Shown piece after piece: positions 8,358 to 17,120 of a DNA stretch of 64,000 bases (position 1 is the first letter of the stretch; each line of letters begins with the position of its first letter). Both the position numbers and the translations under genes were made by a program. The notes below the pieces were generated by a model. It made no database searches. It was not told the DNA's origin and saw only the letters and a program-made list of their open reading frames with translations. The stretch comes from Candidatus Moranbacteria bacterium GW2011_GWE2_35_2- (GTDB taxonomy: Bacteria; Patescibacteriota; Minisyncoccia; Moranbacterales; UBA9337): NCBI GenBank assembly GCA_000990585.1, contig LBQD01000001.1:207276-271275 (forward strand), read 5' to 3'.

Positions 8358-9476
8358 TTATGGGCGGGTTTCAATATTTTTAATTCTGGGATATAAAATA
8401 ACATCCCGTATATTATCCTTTCCTAAACTCCAAGCAATAAATCTTTCAATACCCAAACCAAAACCTGAAGTGGTCTTATAATTAGGTTGTTTCCTTAAGT
8501 CAATATACCATTCATATGGTTTTGGCGAAATATTTTCTTGTCTTTTGAGAGATTCATATATTTCATTCACATTATCTTGGCGCTGTCCGGAACCAACCAC
8601 TTCTCCTCCAAAAGAATTTTCCACTATAGGTGGGAAAAGCAAATCAGCATTAATTGTCTTATTAGGATTTTTTGGATTCGGTTTTTGATAAAAAGGAACT
8701 CTATCCCTATCAAAATCAGTAAGCCAAATAGGGGTTGTTACTTTCAAGATTTTCATAAGCTCAATTTCGCCCTCACAACTGATGTCATTACCATGACTGG
8801 TAAAATTAACCAACTCTCTTTTATCATTTTTTACCAATATATCAATCGCCTCGTCAAATGTAATTTTTGGAAATTCTTTAGTTCTCATTATTACCTCCAT
8901 GTATCGGCGTGTTTTTTCTGAATTTTCACTTATTTTTTTAACAATATTATTCATTGTAAAAATCACTTCAGCTAATGTCCTTATATACCCCTCAACTATT
9001 GGCAACAAATCATCCAACCTACCCTTCATTTCCATTTCACAATGATAGAATTGATTAAGATGACGCTTATCAGAATCCTCTCCCCGCATAGACGGCAAAT
9101 AGCAATAAACTTTTTCTAATCCATTCAAAAGTAAGGGCTCAAATCCGAATTGAGACGAATCAACTAAAAAAGTTTTCAAATTTCCAAACTTTATAGGAAC
9201 AGGTTTCGAATCAGATCCTGGACCCATAGGAGAAGAAATACTAGGAGTGAACATGAATAAATCAATATTTTTAGCTTTTTGTTTTTCGCTAAAATAAAAA
9301 TCAGAAATAATTTTAATGTAATGCCTCAAAACTATCAAAGCACGATAATAATCGCTGTCGCACAAATGCTTATAGTGCTTATTGGGGCAATACTCAGGCA
9401 TCTTGTATTTTTTATTTCCCTTTTTGAATATAGAATCATCTCCAATGATTTCTTTTTTCAATTTTTTTAACAACAT
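8358..9476 (-). CDS. Asparaginyl-tRNA synthetase-like protein, catalytic domain only
   Basis: FLVDSSQF; motif 2 PSMRGEDSDKRHLNQF; GEVVGSGQR; motif 3 GFGLGIERF...IRDVILYPR; no OB-fold anticodon domain. Confidence 0.85.
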   Translation of the reverse strand: MLLKKLKKEIIGDDSIFKKGNKKYKMPEYCPNKHYKHLCDSDYYRALIVLRHYIKIISDFYFSEKQKAKNIDLFMFTPSISSPMGPGSDSKPVPIKFGNLKTFLVDSSQFGFEPLLLNGLEKVYCYLPSMRGEDSDKRHLNQFYHCEMEMKGRLDDLLPIVEGYIRTLAEVIFTMNNIVKKISENSEKTRRYMEVIMRTKEFPKITFDEAIDILVKNDKRELVNFTSHGNDISCEGEIELMKILKVTTPIWLTDFDRDRVPFYQKPNPKNPNKTINADLLFPPIVENSFGGEVVGSGQRQDNVNEIYESLKRQENISPKPYEWYIDLRKQPNYKTTSGFGLGIERFIAWSLGKDNIRDVILYPRIKNIETRP

Positions 9477-9497
9477 AATAATAACTTTTTTTAATTC

Positions 9498-9559
9498 CTT
9501 AATTTCAAATCAACCAAATCCCAATTTCCACCCACTGCGTTTTATTATACATAAAAAAA
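9498..9559. repeat. 62-bp direct repeat, copy 2 (promoter/leader of the AsnRS-like operon)
   Basis: Identical to 4048-4109 (offset 5450 bp); ends 1 bp from the stop codon of the 9561-10193 gene. Confidence 0.95.
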
Positions 9560-9560
9560 A

Positions 9561-10193
9561 TTATAATGGAATTATTTCTATTGGCACGGCTTGATCAGCA
9601 TTTTCCATTGGCATATTCTCCTCTGCATCATCATCTTCTTTTGTAATATCGCCTTCTTCACTATTTAAATCCTCCTCTTGATTTTCCAATATGTCAATTT
9701 CCTCTTCCTCGCCAGCTTCTTCCAAAGCTTCCGCATCTTCCGCACAGTCATCTTCCTCAAGACATTTGTCGGTTTCTTCAATTGGATTTTGAGCGGAAAA
9801 AATAGCAGGATCATTGCAACTTGTTGCGGAATAATTTTCCATATTTTCCTCGGTGCAAAATTCCTCCCCGCAATCCTTCTCGCCCTCAGAGCACAAAAAC
9901 GGCTCACATTCTTCATCCGCATCCGGATCGCAAAAAGGAATATCACTGGCATTTCTTCTGACAACTTTGAAATACCAAACATCTTCTTCCATATTTCCCG
10001 TACAGGCTTCCCCTTCTTCGAATGATTCCGGATCACATTCCCACACAAAGCAGTTTTCACTATATGGGTCGCAATCAACTTGCGATTCGATAATATAATC
10101 CTTTTTAATTACTATCCTCCAAAATGTCGCTCCGATAGAAATAAAAATTAACGCAATGAAAACCGCTATCAGTATCTTTGATTTTTTATCCAT
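9561..10193 (-). CDS. Membrane-anchored Cys-rich acidic protein
   Basis: N-terminal TM, 12 Cys, Glu/Asp-rich tail. Confidence 0.75.
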   Translation of the reverse strand: MDKKSKILIAVFIALIFISIGATFWRIVIKKDYIIESQVDCDPYSENCFVWECDPESFEEGEACTGNMEEDVWYFKVVRRNASDIPFCDPDADEECEPFLCSEGEKDCGEEFCTEENMENYSATSCNDPAIFSAQNPIEETDKCLEEDDCAEDAEALEEAGEEEEIDILENQEEDLNSEEGDITKEDDDAEENMPMENADQAVPIEIIPL

Positions 10194-10234
10194 TTTTTTA
10201 AAAAAATTATATTAATTTTTATTTTACCGCCCTT

Positions 10235-12136
10235 TTATTTCTCCATTTTATTCTTACTGATTAAATTTCGTATCTCTTTCAAATCTACGTTTGGTTTTTT
10301 TCTGAGATTTTTGAATTTTTTTGGCGCAACATTTTGCAGTTGTGAAAGTTTTACAGGAATTCCGGAAGGAACATATATCGCCGGTTCAATTTTATTCTGA
10401 AACGGTTGAGTTTCTTCCGGTTCTTTTTTTGGAACAACCTTTTCCGCTTCCTTCTGTTTAGCTTTTGCTATCGTTCGCTGATAATCTTTAAGACAATCTT
10501 TGCAAAAAGTCGGTCTTTTTCCATCCGGCTTGAATGGAACCTTCACATTCGTTTCACAAGTGGCGCATTTGGCATCATACAAAACACGCTCAACATTACC
10601 ATCCTCAACATTTTGAGACTCAACTCTTTTTTCCGAAATCAAAACTTTATCCTGCGAGCGAGACTGAGATTGAACTTGCGTCGCCTGAGGTCGCAATTGC
10701 GGTTGTGGTTGTTGCCGTCGCGAAGAAACTTGCGGTCGAACAGATGGTTTTTCCCCGGACGCATTGTCTTTCTGATAACTTTTTCGAGTATTTTGACTGT
10801 CATTTTGATAATCATCATCTCCTCCATCAAAACTCACGCCACTATCAATAACCATTCCGCTCCAACGCGCAATCTTTTCTTCCACCTCTTTTTTATTACT
10901 ACCATACCTTTCTCTTGAATTGCGAATAATCTTTTCGAAATTTTTTTCCGTTTCCTTAATTTCCACCGGTGGCAATGTCGTCGCTGAAAAAGCATCTCCC
11001 GCTACTCCATCAATCATCAGCTTTAAATAAACATGATACTTTGGAAGATTAATGATATCATTAGCCATGAAAACTGGCTCAAATTCTTTTTCTAATTGCT
11101 CGGCATCTTCGGCTCCCACTCGAAAAGCAATAATTGTTCCAACGTTTCCAAAAACCGCATCACGCACCGTTGCATTGCCATCAATAACCAGCTGACTAAT
11201 GTATTGATGTGCCAAAGTAAGACTCAACCGATATTTCCGAGCCTCAGACAAAATACTAGCGAAAGATTCAGTTGCAAAATTTTGAAATTCATCCACGTGC
11301 AAATAAAAATCTTTTCTTTCGTCTTCCGGAATATCGACGCGTCCCATTACTCCCAATTGAATTTTTGTCACAATCATTCCACCCAAAAGACGCATCGCAT
11401 CTTCTCCGATTCTTCCCTTGGAAAGATTAACAATCAAGATTTTCTTGTTATCCATAATCTCCCGCATATCAATGGTAGATTTTGGTTGACCGACAATGTG
11501 CCGAATCACTGACGAAGAAAGAAATTGACCAACTTTATTTTGAATTGCCGCTACCGCTTCCTTTCTGAATCGATCCTCCCATTTGTCAAACTCATTAATC
11601 CAAAAAGATTTTACTACCGGATCTTTAATTTTCACATAAACCCTCTTCCGATAATCTTTGTCAGACATCATACGGCTTACTCCAAGCATTGTCGATCCGG
11701 GATAATCCAAAAGCGCCAAAATAGTATTATTCAGAATATATTCCATTCGAGGACTCCATACATCTGGCCAGATTTTTTTGAATACTCCCATCATACCGGA
11801 AGCTACTAGGTTTTTTTTATCTTCATCCACCGCCTCTAAAATATTAAAAGCAATTGGATATTCCGCATCTGACGGATTGAGATAAATCACATCGTTGATT
11901 CTTTCCGCCGGAACAGCCTTTAAAATTTTTTCCGCCGTATCTCCGTGCGGATCAATATATGCAACTCCGTGTCCATTGCGAATATCTTGAATCACCAAAT
12001 GCTCCAATAAATTGGTTTTTCCCATACCGGTTTTTCCAATCACATAAATATGTCTCCGTCGATCGTCGGTCTTAATTCCAAATTCCGTTTCGCGATTACG
12101 AAAATTTGTTTTAGCAAAAAAAGTTATATCGGACAT
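10235..12136 (-). CDS. VirD4/TraG/HerA-like ATPase with C-terminal CxxC-x17-CxxC domain
   Basis: Walker A GKTGMGKT, IDPHGD, Walker B VDEFQNF, SEARKY; CATC-x17-CKDC. Confidence 0.88.
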   Translation of the reverse strand: MSDITFFAKTNFRNRETEFGIKTDDRRRHIYVIGKTGMGKTNLLEHLVIQDIRNGHGVAYIDPHGDTAEKILKAVPAERINDVIYLNPSDAEYPIAFNILEAVDEDKKNLVASGMMGVFKKIWPDVWSPRMEYILNNTILALLDYPGSTMLGVSRMMSDKDYRKRVYVKIKDPVVKSFWINEFDKWEDRFRKEAVAAIQNKVGQFLSSSVIRHIVGQPKSTIDMREIMDNKKILIVNLSKGRIGEDAMRLLGGMIVTKIQLGVMGRVDIPEDERKDFYLHVDEFQNFATESFASILSEARKYRLSLTLAHQYISQLVIDGNATVRDAVFGNVGTIIAFRVGAEDAEQLEKEFEPVFMANDIINLPKYHVYLKLMIDGVAGDAFSATTLPPVEIKETEKNFEKIIRNSRERYGSNKKEVEEKIARWSGMVIDSGVSFDGGDDDYQNDSQNTRKSYQKDNASGEKPSVRPQVSSRRQQPQPQLRPQATQVQSQSRSQDKVLISEKRVESQNVEDGNVERVLYDAKCATCETNVKVPFKPDGKRPTFCKDCLKDYQRTIAKAKQKEAEKVVPKKEPEETQPFQNKIEPAIYVPSGIPVKLSQLQNVAPKKFKNLRKKPNVDLKEIRNLISKNKMEK

Positions 12137-12163
12137 AGTTTTATTAAATCATTGAAACAATTT

Positions 12164-13444
12164 TTATATTGGCAAATTTGCCGGTGCCCCTCCTCGCTTA
12201 GATTCGACTTTTTTCACTGAAGGTGCCACAACTGTCATATCCGGAAAATGAAAAATGGTCGCCAATTCCTCGGTATTGAGAAAAAATTTTGTTCCGGTCG
12301 GATCACGATCTTTGTACCTTTGAAATATTTTACGCTGGCGAAAAAGTGCGCGCATTTTTCCTCCTAAATAAACTCCATATGTCTTCGTTGCATTATCATG
12401 TTTAAATCCGTTCAAATTGGAATCGGAAAATTGGCGAATACCTCCCATAAAAGCTCCTATAACCGAACGATCAAGATTTTCTCTTTTTCCCAAAACAAGC
12501 AATCTGATTTTAGTTAGAAAAACCGTCTTACCCATTGATTCTTCGATCGCTTTCATCACCTCTTTTTCTCCGGGAGTGAGTCTGAATTCCAAAGGAGTTT
12601 GATCCGCCTTATCTTCCTTGGACGGAGCAAATTCCACTGGAGCAAAAATACCTTGAAAAATTCCCTTTATTACATCTGCAATATCTTTTCCGATACTGTT
12701 GAATACTCCGGGCTTTTCTTTCTTGACTCTTCCTGCTAATTTATCTATCAATGCTTTTCCGGAATTATAGTAATCAAGTTCTTCCGGAATTATAATAATT
12801 TGAAACCAAACCTGCTGTCCCGGTCCAATCGTTCCCATAGCTTCAACCAACGAAGACATCGGGTCAATCATTTTTCCAGTTACACTTTCTTCAAACCAGC
12901 GATAACTGCGCAAGGGATAAGCATCCGGCTTTATGAGCATAAAATCTGTTCCCCATAAATCCCAACTCTTATTCGGCACCAATCTCGGAACGTTATTTAT
13001 ATAATCCGAAACTTCCAAAATTTCCGCATTCGGATATTGTGCGTAAACATGCGATTCAACCAATTTTCTGTTTTGTTTCGTAGTGCGAATATAAAAATGA
13101 ACCTGTCCAGCATCACTCACTAATTCAAGACTAAAACTCAATGTAAGAGCGCCATCAACATACAAATCTTTCGCGCTAAGACCCTTATACACACCAGCAA
13201 GACCATTGTATATGGATTCCATCGGTTGCGGGCTTCTTTCTAGCTCACGAGGGGGAATAATTTCTAACAACGTCCAATCCAAAGAACCAACAAAATTATT
13301 TTGGACAAAATCCATCCAAAGCAGTTTGAATAAATAATAAAAAACGGGAGGAAGCACTATAAACCAAATTTTAGACAACAAAAACCACCCGCCTGTAATA
13401 CTTTGACCCAAATTTTGAAAAGATTCTCCGATTATCTCAAACAT
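12164..13444 (-). CDS. Conserved CPR-type membrane protein upstream of the VirD4-like ATPase
   Basis: N-terminal TM; AQYPNAEI, EELATIFHFP, C-terminal PANLP; start placed at MFEIIG. Confidence 0.7.
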   Translation of the reverse strand: MFEIIGESFQNLGQSITGGWFLLSKIWFIVLPPVFYYLFKLLWMDFVQNNFVGSLDWTLLEIIPPRELERSPQPMESIYNGLAGVYKGLSAKDLYVDGALTLSFSLELVSDAGQVHFYIRTTKQNRKLVESHVYAQYPNAEILEVSDYINNVPRLVPNKSWDLWGTDFMLIKPDAYPLRSYRWFEESVTGKMIDPMSSLVEAMGTIGPGQQVWFQIIIIPEELDYYNSGKALIDKLAGRVKKEKPGVFNSIGKDIADVIKGIFQGIFAPVEFAPSKEDKADQTPLEFRLTPGEKEVMKAIEESMGKTVFLTKIRLLVLGKRENLDRSVIGAFMGGIRQFSDSNLNGFKHDNATKTYGVYLGGKMRALFRQRKIFQRYKDRDPTGTKFFLNTEELATIFHFPDMTVVAPSVKKVESKRGGAPANLPI

Positions 13445-13497
13445 TTTATTTTTTATTTTTTCAGAAATTATACCTGCCCACAAAAACCTTCCGGTTA

Positions 13498-14541
13498 TTA
13501 TTTTTTCACAGTATATCGATTTCTATCCACTCGAACAAAAAAATTGTTCAAATTTATCATAATTGTAGATTTTTTAACTTTTCGACTTGCTAAAACTTTA
13601 TTCAAAATTTCATCCTTGCTAAGAGGCTTTCCGCTTTGCTTGAAAATATCATCCAAAACATCCTTAACTGTTCCACGCTTATATCCCCACTCTGAAAGAG
13701 CATATACGCCTCGTCCAACCAAAACAAATCTTTTATCCTTAATTAATTCATTATGCACTGTCTGTGGATGAGATTTTTTCTTACTAAGTCCGTGTTTGTC
13801 GATAAATTCGGCGACTTTGGTAAAATGAAGGGGCTTTCCATATTCTTTCATAATCAAATACGCTTTTTCCCTTGCTCCCTTTGGATTGATATCACTCCAA
13901 TCAATCATTCCCCATTTTCCAAAATTATTGATTTTTATTTCCTTGCAAACATCCAAATAATCCAAAATCACATCCTTTTTAATAGTGGAATCAATGCTGG
14001 AAATTTCTTTTATAACTTCTTCCGAAGAAATTGCAGACTTTCTTTCCATCAAAACATTTTTTGCGATATCTTTGCATTTATTCCATTGCTCGAAATTAAA
14101 ATCCTTCAAATAAAAGGACTTTTCTATTTCCAAACCTCCCACTCGAAACTCAACGCCATTGATCACTTTCAAAAAAAACTTTATTGCGCCTTGCGTTTTG
14201 ACATTTTGACTCAAATTATTCAAAAGCTTTTCTTCCTTGATTATACCATTACTTTTTTCGATTGCAAACTTGATCTCCTTTTCAATTAACAGAATGTTTT
14301 TATCTCCCTTCTTTTTTATTTTCGCAATCGCCTCTCGTATAATTTGACGAACTCTTTCTCTGGTTATATTATATTTTTTTCCAATACCCTCCAATGTGGT
14401 TGAATATCCGTCAAGTACTCCAAATCTCATCTTAATTATTTTATCCGCTCTCTCTGGCAGAAAATCCAAAACAGCGTTCATATATTTAACCGCCGCAAAA
14501 TCCCTCTTTTCGGAAACTTTAACTTTTTTACTCTTATTCAT
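13498..14541 (-). CDS. Sigma-70 region 4 HTH plus HARE-HTH (RNAP delta-like) DNA-binding protein
   Basis: TLEGIGKKYNITRERVRQI; GKPLHF...QTVHNELIKDKRFVLVGRGVYALSEW. Confidence 0.8.
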   Translation of the reverse strand: MNKSKKVKVSEKRDFAAVKYMNAVLDFLPERADKIIKMRFGVLDGYSTTLEGIGKKYNITRERVRQIIREAIAKIKKKGDKNILLIEKEIKFAIEKSNGIIKEEKLLNNLSQNVKTQGAIKFFLKVINGVEFRVGGLEIEKSFYLKDFNFEQWNKCKDIAKNVLMERKSAISSEEVIKEISSIDSTIKKDVILDYLDVCKEIKINNFGKWGMIDWSDINPKGAREKAYLIMKEYGKPLHFTKVAEFIDKHGLSKKKSHPQTVHNELIKDKRFVLVGRGVYALSEWGYKRGTVKDVLDDIFKQSGKPLSKDEILNKVLASRKVKKSTIMINLNNFFVRVDRNRYTVKK

Positions 14542-14580
14542 ATTTATTGAGAAAAATAAAATTATTTAAATTGTCAAATT

Positions 14581-14610
14581 AGAATAACACATATTTGGGA
14601 TAATTGTCAA
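14581..14610 (-). promoter_or_regulatory. Sigma70-type promoter for the sigma4/HARE-HTH gene
   Basis: Minus strand TTGACA-18-TATTCT with TG extension. Confidence 0.5.
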
Positions 14611-14614
14611 GAGA

Positions 14615-14643
14615 TTGATTTTAAACTTTTCAATTGGTATAAT
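14615..14643 (+). promoter_or_regulatory. Sigma70-type promoter for dnaB
   Basis: TTGATT-17-TATAAT with extended TG, about 22 bp before the ATG. Confidence 0.6.
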
Positions 14644-14665
14644 AAATAAATCACTACTATATTAT

Positions 14666-16036
14666 ATGGCAAACAAACAATCTCAGAACAATCTGCGCGT
14701 ACCGCCGAACAATCTCGAAGCCGAACAATCGGTCCTTGGCTCATTAATGCTAGACAAAGATGCTATAATCAAGGTTGCGGATTTTTTGAATATTGGAGAT
14801 TTCTACAAAGACACACACAATATCATCTACCAATCGATGCTTAGCTTATATGAAAGCAAAGAACCGATTGATGTCTTAAGTCTTTCCAATAAGCTGGAAG
14901 AAAATAAAGAGCTGGAAATTACCGGGGGATCAAGCTATTTGGCATCGTTGGTAAATTCCGTGCCATCCTCCGCTAATGTTGTTCACTATGCAAAAGTTGT
15001 CCAGAAAAAAGCAATTCTACGCCGCCTGATTAATGTTTCCAACGAAATAACCGAGATCGGATACCAAGAATCGGAAGATGTGGAAAAAACTCTCGATCAA
15101 GCCGAACAAAAACTTTTCAGTGTTTCACAAAAGTACACAAAAAAAGATTTTGTTCCCATTAAATCAATCTTGGAAAGTGCTTTCAATCGCATCGACGAGT
15201 TGCATAAAGGCGAACATGATTTTCGCGGAATACCTACCGGTTTTTCCGATTTGGACAATATTCTTTCCGGACTGCAAAAATCCGATCTTATTATTCTCGC
15301 CGCCCGTCCATCAATCGGAAAAACGACGCTCGCATTAGATATTGCCCGCCAAATCGGAACAAAAAGCAAAATTCCGGTCGGAATATTTTCTCTGGAAATG
15401 TCCTCGGATCAACTTATCGACAGAATGATTGCCGCTGAAGCGGATGTTGATTTGTGGCGACTACGAACAGGAAGACTGCGTAGCGATGCAGGCAATGATG
15501 ACTTTCAAAGAATTGGTAGCGCTATGGGCTCGCTCAGTGAAGCGCCGATTTATATCGATGATGCCGGTAGCGCCAACATTATGGAAATTCGCACTATGGC
15601 GCGTCGATTACAATCTGAACATAAGGTCGGATTGATTATTATCGACTATTTACAATTGATGGAAGGAAGAAAAACACAAGGCGATAGCCGTGTGCAGGAA
15701 ATTTCCGAAATCTCCCGCGCCCTCAAACAGCTAGCGAGAGAAATCAATGTTCCTGTTTTGGCGCTTTCTCAATTGTCACGCGCCGTTGAATCACGCAGTC
15801 CACAAATTCCGAAACTTTCCGACCTTCGCGAATCTGGATCAATCGAACAAGACGCCGATGTTGTTCTGTTTTTGTATCGTGAAGACCGAGAAAAACCCGA
15901 TACGCCCAATAAAAATATCGTCGAAGTAATTGTTTCCAAACATAGAAACGGTCCGCTTGGAAAAGCTCAATTATATTTCAAAGAAGAATCCACTACTTTC
16001 AAAAATTTGGAAAAAATCCATAATAATCCTCAGTAA
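14666..16036 (+). CDS. dnaB: Replicative DNA helicase
   Basis: AARPSIGKT, IIIDYLQLM, ALSQLSR, SDLRESGSIEQDAD, KHRNGP. Confidence 0.97.
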   Translation: MANKQSQNNLRVPPNNLEAEQSVLGSLMLDKDAIIKVADFLNIGDFYKDTHNIIYQSMLSLYESKEPIDVLSLSNKLEENKELEITGGSSYLASLVNSVPSSANVVHYAKVVQKKAILRRLINVSNEITEIGYQESEDVEKTLDQAEQKLFSVSQKYTKKDFVPIKSILESAFNRIDELHKGEHDFRGIPTGFSDLDNILSGLQKSDLIILAARPSIGKTTLALDIARQIGTKSKIPVGIFSLEMSSDQLIDRMIAAEADVDLWRLRTGRLRSDAGNDDFQRIGSAMGSLSEAPIYIDDAGSANIMEIRTMARRLQSEHKVGLIIIDYLQLMEGRKTQGDSRVQEISEISRALKQLAREINVPVLALSQLSRAVESRSPQIPKLSDLRESGSIEQDADVVLFLYREDREKPDTPNKNIVEVIVSKHRNGPLGKAQLYFKEESTTFKNLEKIHNNPQ

Positions 16037-16113
16037 AAAATAACTACTATCATTATTTATTTTTCAATTTTAAGATTTAATCATCAAAAATTGAAAATTT
16101 GAAAATTAATAAA

Positions 16114-16704
16114 GTGTACCCAAAAGTATTTAAAAATTTAATTACACATTTTTCTTCACTTCCTTCTGTTGGTCCAAAAATGGCGGAACGACTAGTTTTG
16201 TTTTTGTTTAAACAAAATCAAGACAATTTGGATGATTTTGCTAAAAATTTACTCTCATTAAAAGATTTGAAATTTTGTCAAAAATGTTTCAATATTTCCG
16301 AAGATTTGCTTTGTCATATTTGTCAGGACAAACAGAGAAGCCCTAAGGTTATTTGCGTTGTCGAAGATCCATTGGATGTGATTTCAATTGAACGCACGGG
16401 GATTTATCGCGGACTATACCATATTCTTGGTGGCACAATGCAATCATCAGGAAAATTGGAGAATAACGACTTGAAAATTCCTCAACTTCTTAATCGAGCA
16501 AAAGATGAAGAAATTGAAGAAATTATTTTAGCAACCAATCCGACAACTGAAGGGGATCTTACCGCACTCTATCTCAAACGCAAATTGGAGTCTCTTGGCA
16601 TAAAAATAACCCGCCTCGGCAGAGGAATGTCAACAGGCGGAGACATCGAATACGCCGATGAAATCACCCTCGGCAGCGCCCTAACAAACAGAAAAGAATT
16701 ATAA
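16114..16704 (+). CDS. recR: Recombination mediator RecR
   Basis: LPSVGPKMAERL, C4 zinc finger, Toprim ILATNPTTEGD, EYADEITL; probable GTG start. Confidence 0.95.
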   Translation: MYPKVFKNLITHFSSLPSVGPKMAERLVLFLFKQNQDNLDDFAKNLLSLKDLKFCQKCFNISEDLLCHICQDKQRSPKVICVVEDPLDVISIERTGIYRGLYHILGGTMQSSGKLENNDLKIPQLLNRAKDEEIEEIILATNPTTEGDLTALYLKRKLESLGIKITRLGRGMSTGGDIEYADEITLGSALTNRKEL

Positions 16705-16707
16705 TAT

Positions 16708-16740
16708 AAAAAAACCTCGAATCAAATCGAGGTTTTTTTT
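16708..16740. terminator. Bidirectional terminator recR/rplU
   Basis: aaaaaaacctcga-atcaaa-tcgaggtttttttt. Confidence 0.8.
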
Positions 16741-16757
16741 GAAGTATTTTTAAAGTT

Positions 16758-17054
16758 CTATCGGGCTATTTTTGTAATTTCCACTTCGGTGCGGAGCTGT
16801 TTGTGTCCAAATTTCATTTTATATCGTTTTTTAGCTTTATGCTTCATTCCCCAAACTTTGTCGTCTTTTGTTTGAGACACAATTTTTCCCTCAACCTCCG
16901 TCTTAGGATTCAAGTCGGCACTTTTTTCATCGCCCAAAAACAAAGTTTCAAAAACCACTTTATCACCTTCAACTCCTTCGATTTTTTCAACTTTTACCTT
17001 GTCGCCCTGAACAACTTTATACTGTTTTCCTCCACTTTTAATAATTGCCAACAT
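16758..17054 (-). CDS. rplU: 50S ribosomal protein L21
   Basis: AIIKSGGKQYKV...GHKQ. Confidence 0.95.
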   Translation of the reverse strand: MLAIIKSGGKQYKVVQGDKVKVEKIEGVEGDKVVFETLFLGDEKSADLNPKTEVEGKIVSQTKDDKVWGMKHKAKKRYKMKFGHKQLRTEVEITKIAR

Positions 17055-17120
17055 ATTTTTTGAAAAATTAACTGCGAGTTATACAAAAGATATCCTACAC
17101 TTTATTACTAAAAAAGTCAA

